Assembly (NCBI RefSeq): GCF_001194135.2
Contig: NC_068998.1
Span: 44,333,499 to 44,397,262, forward strand
DNA from: Octopus bimaculoides
Lineage: Eukaryota
Length of the DNA: 63,764 nucleotides
Reading direction: 5' to 3'
Shown here piece after piece: positions 53,481-63,764 of the stretch; within the stretch, counting starts at the first letter, position 1; every line of letters starts with the position of its first letter. The position numbers were made by a program, and so were the translations under genes. Below the pieces are notes generated by a model that searched no databases, had not been told where the DNA came from, and was given only the letters and a program-made list of their open reading frames with translations.

Positions 53481-54967
53481 GTTCCTCTTACACTCAATTT
53501 TGTTTTTTTTTTTCCAGCACATTTCTGCTCTGTTATTTATGTACGCTTATATTAAACACCCAACAGGCTTGAAAGAAATCAGGCAAGCGGGACATGCTTG
53601 CTTCATTTCCTGCCAGCCTTTCCACATCATCTAACATATTTCATGGTATACCAGTCAACATTGTATATAGTGTAGACATGTAGTGGAAACATTCAAACAT
53701 CACCACTGCCTTTCCAAATCCTTCTGCATTTGACATCGAATTTTTGGTTCTCCAAACTTGTCTTGGTGTGTATGTCGATCTGCAATTTTCACCTTAAATT
53801 TCAGTGTAAAATTTCGATATATGCTGGGAAACGCGATATATTCAATGATTGGTTTTCGCTGTTAAACAGCAATGTATCACATGCAAGTAGCATAAAATAT
53901 GCTTTCCTTGAGCAAGTACTCCCATTTTTTGACAACAGATGTAGAGATCTCTATCACTCAGAGTTGATCACATATTTTCATGTTTATGTGTAGGTCTGGG
54001 CAAGATTCTGTTTGTGGAAAACTGACAGTTACTCATTCACTGCAAGGCTATCTCACTTCTGCCACTAATCTTGTCCAACTGAAAAGCTACCACTTTAGAG
54101 GAAATACCTGAACCTGACACCAGTAGATTCACAGACATTGCTGTCAAAATGCAAAAAGCTTGAGCAGATATCACAAGACATTTTGTCCAAAACTCCTACT
54201 GTTCCATCAACTTGCTACCCAGGATTGAAACTTTCTTTTTTCACTGAGCTCAGAATAGGTGAAGCAAATGTTGCAAGATATTTTATTCAATGTGTGCTAA
54301 CAACCCAGCAAATATGCTGCATGCTTTTGCAGAGTTCCCACCTCTATAAGAGATTCAGGGATGGATGGATGGATTGATGGATGGACAAGTGAACAAATGG
54401 ATTGAAAGATGATGATCAGATAGATTGATGTATTGATAATCATATGAATAAATGGATGATGGATGGATGGATTAGAGGCTGAAGCTTCTTGGACTGTAAC
54501 AAGAATTTCACATTCTGATTGTCAAAGGATATAGTTATGTTATGTGTGTGTGTGTTTGTCAAAGAGAGAGAAAAAATGAGCGTTTGTAAATGAATTATTT
54601 TACTTTTATATTATTTCATTGGTTTTGGTCATACTAAGCCATACTGAGACACAACCATCAGTGATTTTGGTCAATTATATTGATCCTAGTCTGCTAGGCA
54701 TTATATCAGTTTCTATCTAATGGCTAAATTCACTTATCGGGTTTAAGTTCCTTTAGAAAGTTGCCTGTTTTGGGGAATAAATATCCTGAAGAATTTAGGC
54801 TGATTTTCACTGATAGATGTAAACACTTTAACATATCCATGGCTAAATATTCACTGAGAGAAAGAGCGGGTCAGAGCATGCAAAGAAAACATTTATGAAT
54901 CATATGTCTATTTGTTTTTTTATTTATCTTAATATATACCTGTTTATCATTTATCTTTCAGTATTTA

Positions 54968-55082
<115 letters not shown>

Positions 55083-55788
55083 ATGAGCATGTTTCTATTC
55101 CTATTTCTCTATTTACTTGTCTGTTTCCATATTTCTGTAAACCTATATATATATCTATCTGTCGACCAGTCATTTATTTGTTGATCTGCTCTTTGTATCA
55201 CACCCTCTCTCTCTCTCTCCCTTCTCTCTCTCTCTCTCCCTTCTCTCTCTCTCTCCCTTCTCTCTCTCTCCCTTCTCTCTCTCTCTCTCCCTTCTCTCTC
55301 TCTCTCTTTTATTTTATTTTTTTCTTTCACTGTGTGTCTTTGTCACAAACTCACAACTTTTACCCCACCTCTGTAAATCGTGTAACAACCTCCCGACAAA
55401 CAATATGCCCCTCCATCTATCAACTCATTCAATCACTCCCAAAGACAGACCATGAAAGATCAGGCTAATGAACTCCTATTTAGAAAGAAAAAGAAAAACT
55501 GATCATGTTTGTATTTTTTAAGTCAATTGTTTTTTTTTTTTTATTTATTTGTTTTTATCTGTATCAAAGAAAGTATTGATTTATTTTTGTCTAGGATCCA
55601 GTTGAGAATGCCTAAATGAGATATGAGATATTAAAATCAACCTAACTCCCACTAGTACATTACTGGTACTCGTTTTTCCTGTGCCAGAATAGTAAAACAT
55701 GAAATCAACTCTGACGATTAGAACTTAGAACTGAAAATGATGGCAGTTATGTCTCAGCTGCCTTCACTATTCACTTCTTTCATTGTTG

Positions 55789-55933
55789 TCATCACTGCAA
55801 TCTCTAATCCCATGGCCATCACCACTGCAATCTCTAATCCCANNNNNNNNNNCCCATGGCCATCACCACTGCAATCTCTAATCCCATGGCCATCACCACT
55901 GCCATCTCTAGTTTGATGACCATCACCACTGCT
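55789..55933. repeat. 30-bp minisatellite CATGGCCATCACCACTGCAATCTCTAATCC
   Basis: At least four units, interrupted by a 10-N gap. Confidence 0.9.
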
Positions 55934-56029
55934 TTTTTAAGTCTTTAGTCTTGTAGCCAGTTCTTCTTCTCTTTTTATTGACATGGTCACTACCATTGCA
56001 AAGACAAAACAACAGAATCACCATTGTCG

Positions 56030-56420
56030 TCGTCGTCATCATCATCATCATCATTTAACGTCCGTTTTCCATGCTGGCATGGCATGGAAAATGGAGGGTT
56101 TGACTGGGGTCTGGCAAGCCAGGAGGTCACACCAGGCTCCAATCTGCTCTGGCAAAGTTTCTACAGTTGGATGCCTTTCCTAACACCAACCACTCCAAGA
56201 ATGTGGTGGGTGCTTTTTACATGTCACTGGCACAGGAGCCAGTGATGGTGAGGGGGCTGGCATCGGCCATGTTCGGATGGTGCTTTTTATGTGCCACCGC
56301 CACAGGGAGCCAGTCAGGTGACACTGACAACGACCCACACATAAATGGTGCTTATTGCATGCCACCAGCATGGAAGCCAGTCAAGCAGCACTGGCATCAG
56401 CCACAACTACAATTTCCATT
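56030..56420 (-). mobile_element. family E element
   Basis: Homologous to 7443-7830. Confidence 0.8.
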
Positions 56421-56624
56421 TGATTGTGGTTTGATTTGATTTTGATCATAATAATAAAAAAACATTTCTTATAAACCCATGCCAGACATGGGACAATGTA
56501 TTGAAGATCAATCTCATAATGCTGAGCTATATGAAGGAGAGGATGAAGCACTGAGATATGTGGTACATTGTTGTACTCAAGCAGACTTTCCCACAACAAC
56601 AGAATTGAGATCCTAAACCAAGGA

Positions 56625-56990
56625 GTTATGTAAAGGGCATTGCTGTAGGTGCTGGTGTCGTGTTAAAAGCAATGGTGCTAGTTCCATGTAAAAAGCACTG
56701 GTACAATATAAAAAATATTGGTGATGGTGTCACATTAAAAGCACTGGGGCTAGAGCCATGTAAAATGTATTGGTGATGGTGCCACATAAAAAGCATTGGT
56801 GATATTGCCATGCAAAAAGCACCCAGTACACTCTGTAAAGTGGTTGGCATTAAGAAAGGCATCCTGCCATAGAAATTAAGTGAAAACAGACAATGGAACC
56901 AGGTGCAGCCCTTAACCACTTTCTGTCAAGCTATCCAACCCATATCAGCATGGAAAATGGACGTTAAATGTTGATGAGGATGATGCCAAC
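56625..56990 (+). mobile_element. family E element with expanded ~22-bp subrepeat array
   Basis: About 8 degenerate GGTGCCACRTAAAAAGCAC units, then family E body and (GAT)n tail. Confidence 0.8.
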
Positions 56991-57601
56991 TTCAGTGTTT
57001 GTTGTAGTTGATGTTTTAACCTCATATTGAGCAGTTCTAGAATAAAAAAAGTTCCCACCATGCCCATCTCTCGTTTTACTTAGACACAGTATACTTCAGA
57101 TCGCATTAACCAGTACAACCTTTCTTCATTTTAAGAGGGTAGTACAACCTTTTCTTCATTTCAAGTGACCATTTATGAGTTTTAGTCAATTGATCTGATT
57201 GCGAGTGAGTAAAGTACATTTTATGTGTCTTCTAGGTTTACAAAACATTAAAAAATAAATAAATATTAAATATCTGTTTTTGATCTCGTTTTGCAAGATT
57301 CTTGATGTAAAATTACATGTCAAAATAGATATTATCATACCTTGGGTAGATATGCTAGTAACCAATGCATGTGTTTTTATTGGAAAATAATCTTCCCAAG
57401 GTACAAACACAAATATTAAACTGTTTTCTTCTTTTTAAATATGTTTAATATTGGTTGATTAATCCTATTCATATGAGACCAACTGAGAGTCATAGACAGA
57501 CGAAGCAAAGGGAACTATTTATAAAAGATACAAAAAGAATAAAAGAGTTAGTATTTAAGATTCTACAAAAAAATATCTGTATCTCAATAGGTATAGAAAA
57601 T

Positions 57602-57646
<45 letters not shown>

Positions 57647-58562
57647 NNNNNNNNNNNNNNNNNNNNNNNNNNNNNNNNNNNNNNNNNNNNNNNNNNNNNN
57701 NNNNNNNNNNNNNNNNNNNNNNNNNNNNNNNNNNNNNNNNNNNNNNNNNNNNNNNNNNNNNNNNNNNNNNNNNNNNNNNNNNNNNNNNNNNNNNNNNNNN
57801 NNNNNNNNNNNNNNNNNNNNNNNNNNNNNNNNNNNNNNNNNNNNNNNNNNNNNNNNNNNNNNNNNNNNNNNNNNNNNNNNNNNNNNNNNNNNNNNNNNNN
57901 NNNNNNNNNNNNNNNNNNNNNNNNNNNNNNNNNNNNNNNNNNNNNNNNNTATATATATATATATATATATATACATACATGTATATACATGTATATATAA
58001 ATACATTTATATGCATATATATATATATATATATATACATACATGCGTGTGCATGGACAAAATAGCATAAGCGTTTCATCTGGTGTGCTAACAATTCTGC
58101 CAGCTCACCACCTTTGAATAATAACATACATATCATGAGCCAATGAGACTCAACATAGTCACTCAAAGTGCTAGAAACATCAGCCAAGCCTTATATTCAT
58201 CAAATACCAAGCAAGAAAGGACACATATAATAATGTAGTCTAAAATTCATTTGTAAAGATGGATTGGTCATGGCTGGATTGCCTTTGCTAATAGGTCTGC
58301 TGCTGGATCAGTGCTGACTCATGGGTAGTTAAATAACAACAGCAGCAGCAATCCTTAGCTTTATAATTATGTGTCCAGTAAATACAAAATGAATCTCTAA
58401 ACATTGCATCTCCAACAATATTGTGTGAAGATACTTTGATAATATATATGACGGTGCTCCAGAATTGCCACGGTTACAATGGCTTAAACCAGTGATTTTT
58501 AACCAGTTCTTTTGGTTGTGCCCTTTTAAGTAGTTCTTATACCAAGCAACCACCTAACTTAG

Positions 58563-58913
58563 GGTAAGCGTAAAGAGCCCCTTTGGTCATGAATGACCAT
58601 AGGATTGCACCTGCAAAGTTACTCACCGAGGCACAAGTCCGGGCAAGTTTGTTTATGAACGACTAGCAATCAATCACTCATGCATACTAGCCTCCTGTCC
58701 CCACACCACCAATGTTATCCAAGGGAAATGCAAAGGGGCTGATACAGCTTGGCACCTGTGACATCACAACTCATTTCTACAGCTGAGTGAACTGGAGCAT
58801 CATGAAATAAAGTGTCTTGCTCAAGAACACAACACACAGCCTGGTCCAGGGATTGAACTAACTACTTCATGATCAGATTCCTGATGATGTCACCACTGAG
58901 CCATGTGTCTTCA
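58563..58913 (-). mobile_element. tRNA-derived SINE family C
   Basis: Homologous to 1945-2250. Confidence 0.8.
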
Positions 58914-59663
58914 CGAAAACTAACTTAGCATGTATGATAAATTTTAAATTTTACTTCCCTGTGCCTGACGGGATCTCATCCTATCTTAATAACCATTACT
59001 AGTTTTATCATGTTTAATATAATCACTACTATAGGTAAAATTTATTATGTTAATTATGTTGTCTCAATGCCCCCTAAACCCTATTGTCACCTTCAATATG
59101 CTTGGTGTCCCCTTCAGGATAATATCAACCATGCTGAGAACGTCTGGCTTAAACAATCTGAAAAACTGACAGACCAACAGTAGGAAATGTGTTTCTCAAG
59201 AGGAAATAGCTACATTAGAATAGAATTTTAAAAGATCCTGAAAGTTTTAAGAGAAGATAAAAAAATTAAATGACTTTATAATAATCTAATATATTATTAA
59301 ATGGCTGTTTATTTTCCTTTCAGACAATCCTTTTCACTAAAACACTTCTCTAAAAAATATAGAATGTTCTGTTAAAATCACTCTACATAAGATATGAACG
59401 TAGGAAATAACTCGACTGTCACAGTAAATGAAATATAGCCATAAGGATGGCCGGGGTAAAAAAAAAAACAGGGATAAAACAGAATATATGTACGTGTGCA
59501 TATATGTATGTAAGTGTGTATGTATACACACACTCATATGTATGTAGGTAGGTGCATATATCTGTCTGTGTGTGTGTGTGTGTAGATATATATATACATA
59601 TATATAAATATATATTTATTTATTTATAAACATATTTTGGTTTATATGTGTATATTTGCGTGC

Positions 59664-59707
<44 letters not shown>

Positions 59708-59792
59708 ATATGTATATATATATGTATATATATATATGTATATATATATAAACATATGTATATATATATGTATATATATATAAACATGTATG

Positions 59793-59828
<36 letters not shown>

Positions 59829-59879
59829 AAAAGATACATATATATACATATATATACACACACACACACACACACATCC

Positions 59880-60015
59880 TCAGTATCATTTAGCAACTGC
59901 TTTCCATGCTGGCATGGGTTAGACAGTTTGACTGAAACTGGTTATCCAAAGAGCTGCATCAGATTCCAATCTGATTTTTCATGGTTTCTACAACTAGATG
60001 CCTCTCCTAACGCCA
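59880..60015 (-). mobile_element. family E 3' fragment
   Basis: TTTCCATGCTGGCATGGGTT...GATGCCTCTCCTAACGCCA. Confidence 0.75.
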
Positions 60016-60374
60016 TATTTTTATATATTTTGACCAATTATATCCATAACCAGGATGATTCAACTTGACAATACGAAAATATAATTGTTCTATCTCTCCT
60101 TTAGACTGGGCTGTTCTACAAATAATTTATCTACATAGAGGTAAAAGAGCTAAATAAGTCCAGGCAGATATCTTGAAAGCACTCGGTTTTATGCAAACTA
60201 GGGTTACCTTTTTAGTAGAAAGTGGGTTATACATCTTTAGATTGTATACCTGACTTTCTACTATAAAATTAAGGAAATAGACGGAACGCTGAACTCCAGA
60301 CTAAACAACTTAAACAACATCTATTTACTTGGTAAAACATACATATCTTTAGTTATACATCTTTAGAGGTGAGA

Positions 60375-60570
60375 ATAACGAGCTGCCGAGTATAAGACCG
60401 AAAGATGTAGAGACAGCTTTAAACACACGTCCATGCTCAATCGCTGGCCAGCGAGAAAGAGAATGAATTGAGCGGGAAACGCTTGCTTTATTAATTCTAT
60501 GCATGCGTAAGACTACGCATGCGAAGGCGTTACTACACCTTGATAACATTGGGTTAGCACAAATTTTCGG
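60375..60570. promoter_or_regulatory. candidate CpG-rich promoter with paired NRF1/ewg-like motifs
   Basis: About 13 CpG in ~190 bp; GCATGCGTA-AGAC-TACGCATGC (60501-60522); palindrome TCGCTGGCCAGCGA (60441-60454); not part of any repeat seen in this window. Confidence 0.5.
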
Positions 60571-62109
60571 ATATATTGGTTTGATTGATAACTTGTACCT
60601 CTTTTCTATATCTAAAGATACTCTTACACTAGGTTTGTTTGTTGGTAATGTAAGGGTAATCATTAAAGATGTGATTTTTTCCATTTTTGTTCATATTTAT
60701 ATATGTGTATGCATATATATATGTATGCATGTGTGTATATATATATACACACACACACACGTGCAGCATATACATATATGTATGTATGTATGCATACATA
60801 CATACATACATACATACATCTATATGTATACACATATATTTACATACGCACATATATATGTAAAAGTATGTATGTATGTATGTGTGTTCGTGGATAGGTG
60901 TGGATAGGTGGATATATGAAGAATTATATCCATTAGCAATCATTAAGGTTTGATGAAATTCTTTTTGTCCATTATGTCGTTGTTGGTTGGCTGGCTGGCT
61001 GGCTGGTCGGTAGGTTGGTTGGTTGGTCGGTTAATTCGTTCTGTCTAAAATCTACTACTGAAATAAAAAGAAAAAGAAAAAGAAGTGAAACAAATATAGA
61101 TAAATAATTAAAGAACATTTTTGTTTTGGGTTTTAAAAGAAACATTTTTCCAAATTACAAAAGCAGCATCATGATGTCTTTTATAAACCCATTCACATCT
61201 TGGAGAAATTACAAGCATCAATTATCCAGCACTTTAACATTTCTTTATTTTATTAGGTCCGGAAGGATGAAAGGTAAAGATGACCTTGGTCAAAGTTTGA
61301 ACCCAGAACCTAAAGAGCCATAACATTTTCTGTTTTATACTTGTCTTCCCATCAGCCTTACCCAATTAGTTTCTGTTGAGGTTTTAGTCTTTTGACTTTA
61401 TATTTTTTGTTTGGGTTACCCATCTCTTCTGTGTTGTATTCTTAATGTCTTTCCCATCAGTGTTTCTCTTCTTTAATATAACACTTCAGTACTTGCCATT
61501 TTTTTTATTTAATCAAAGCTCAGTGCTGATCAAATAAACCTATGAGCAATGGTCATTATTTTAAGGTGCCATGACAGGATTTCAGGGATATTTGTTTCAT
61601 ATCATTCACAGATTTTGGCTGTTGCGATATCCCTGTTGTTATTTAGCGTCACGTCAGTTCTAATAAATCAGACTTGACCACAATATTTCTGCTCTGTCCA
61701 AAGTTTCTTTCATTTCAATAGGTGTGCTTCATTTGTTCCTCATATTTCAAGTGGTAAAAAGTTACCAGGGACCGGGTCAACACTTCCCTCTTAATATAAC
61801 AAAACAACATATTCCACATGTTGCATGAGGTCTTTGCTTCAGTGTATTTTATGGTGTTTGCATGATTTACAGTTTGTGCTTGCAGCCTATGTGCATCATT
61901 GTGGTCCCAGTTTTGAGGATCTTACAAGGGTTTCACATGTTGTTGCTGTTTAGCTCCACACTAGTCCCAATTCACCTCTGCTCAAAGGCCTTCCTGACAT
62001 GTTCGTTTAGTCCTTTTTTTGTTATAGTGATTTTATTAGAAATTGAGCCTGCTTCATAAGATATGTGATAGTACTGGGAATGATAAAACAAATCTAGGTT
62101 TGCTATAAA

Positions 62110-62400
62110 AGATATAAGCTGTATTGTGCAAGAGAGGCCATTGTCCTATTATAGCCATGCAGGATGACAGTTGGATAAAGAAGTGCTGATGAATCCAGCT
62201 AGAAGGAACCTGCAGAAGAGGAATACTGAGGAAGATACAGGCAGAAAAGTAGTAAAAACTGATCTCTAGCTGTCGAGCTTCCTGAAGGTCACAGGCAATA
62301 AAGGACTTCAACAAGTATTGAAAAGCTGTTATGAGACAGGGTGCATGTGTGCATAGAAAAACTGGTGTAAAATGATGATGGTTGATGATGACAATGACAT
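62110..62400 (+). pseudogene. decayed RTE LINE 3' end
   Basis: VQERPLSYYSHA (compare VQERRLRWYGHV), RKVVKTDL, then (GAT)n tail. Confidence 0.5.
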
Positions 62401-62596
62401 TGCTGTCCCAGCGAATGACAATATTGTATCAAGAATTATATTATCTCATGTTTAATGTATCTCTTTCAGACAGTGAGGAATGAACTGAGTGAAATTAGTA
62501 GTTAATTCAAAAGGTTGTGCTATTGTATGAAAACACTCCTAAGTTGGCTTATGATTTTTTTTAAGATTCATTTTTGTCAGTGTAGATAGATGTTAG

Positions 62597-62854
62597 GTGG
62601 AGGCGCGTAGCTTAGTTGTTAGGGTGTCAGCACCATGATCGTAAGATTGTGGTTTTGATTCCTGGACCGGGCGATGCATTGTGTTCTTGAGCAAAACACT
62701 TCATTTCACGTTGCTCCAGTCCACTCAGCTGGTAAAAATGAGTAATGCTGTGATGGACTGCCATCCCATCCAGCTGGGGAACACATACGCCATTGAAACT
62801 GGGAAACCGGGCCCATGAGCCTGGCTAGGCTTTAAAAGGGTGCAAAAAAAAAAA
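62597..62854 (+). mobile_element. young tRNA-derived SINE family F with poly(A) tail
   Basis: 13-bp TSD AGATAGATGTTAG (62584-62596 and ~62855-62867); tRNA-like head; A-rich tail. Confidence 0.9.
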
Positions 62855-63764
62855 AGATAGATGTTAGACAGGTGTCAAAGATAACTTAATTGATAACATT
62901 CCTTTTCCTTTTAAATATTTGATGAAAAACAGATAAATGATTAAACAGAGTCCATAGTTAATCGAGTGCTATAATAGATGTTTTATCATAATTACGTAAA
63001 ATTTGTTAAAATCCCTGGAAGGACAGTATTACCTTGTGGCATTTAATTACTTCTCTTCACTATCTTAGTTTAAATTCCACTTAGGCGAGCTTTATCCTTC
63101 ATCCTTCCAGAGTTAGTAACAAAAAATACCAGCTGAGCACATCCAATCAATATCTTTCCTCAAAGAGGTGTGGCCTTATTTCTCAGTTTGAACTCAACAT
63201 TTGATAAAATATGAACCTTCTCTCTATAAACAAGAAACAATAAAAATTCTTAATACCGGTAAATCAACAGAAAAACAAGGAAGAAAATATTTGTCTATCT
63301 AACTATTTATTTATTTATTTATTAGCTGCAAGCTAACAAAATTCACCAAAATAATTTTAATCCAGCCTCTTAGTAATATCCATTAGGATTAGTGAATAAA
63401 CAAATACACTTTTGTCAAATATGGTCTGTTAAGTAAGGAGACAAAAATATATGGTGAACATATATTCAGTCAAATATACTAATCTAATGCATATGTAATG
63501 AGCAGAAAATCTTCATATATGTGTGTATACATACATGCATATATGATGTGTGTGTGTTTGTGTGTGAAATCCAAATAAGAAGAAGACAAAAGAAATTCTT
63601 TAACATAACTTTAATGATTTGCTACTACAGTTTCTGTACAAACTCTGCTTGCAACGCCAATTTATGCAAAAATTCAAAGGGAAAATTTATGTAATGTTTG
63701 CAGTTTTACACATTTTACACATCAGACTTACATTGTGCATCTTCCAGACATCAATATATATATA

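Noticed and set aside
56625-56830. CRISPR-like array
   Set aside because: Degenerate subrepeats of a retroelement, with no constant repeat/unique spacer pattern, in a eukaryotic context.
58878-58920. CTGATGA...GAAA hammerhead
   Set aside because: No stem II or stem I pairing; lies within a SINE head.

Overview
AT-rich, CpG-depleted, microsatellite-laden eukaryotic draft scaffold with 13 N-gaps, most flanked by (TA)n. The SINE, MITE and LINE families are those I associate with Octopus genomes (inference from memory, no database search). I recognise no intact protein-coding gene: most ORF-track entries are translated microsatellites or N-runs, and only a few low-confidence candidate exons remain. 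The window holds several tRNA-derived SINE families (some young, with target-site duplications), RTE LINE 3' ends, an R4/Dong-type RLE retrotransposon remnant, a Tc1/mariner (DD37D-like) transposase remnant, and piggyBac-, Tc1- and Tigger-type MITEs. The most interesting signal is at 441-813: a TSD-flanked insertion joining a tRNA-like Pol III head to a Penelope-type 3' end with a decayed minimal hammerhead ribozyme, plus an inverted 5' copy of that end. Two further decayed hammerhead-like motifs lie at ~6515 and ~29940. Other leads are a recursive-splice-site/poison-exon architecture (12688-12805), several long foldbacks, a CpG-rich NRF1-like promoter candidate (~60380-60570) and a triple CACCC/ETS repeat (46781-46840). 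Repeat boundaries are approximate unless a TSD is given.
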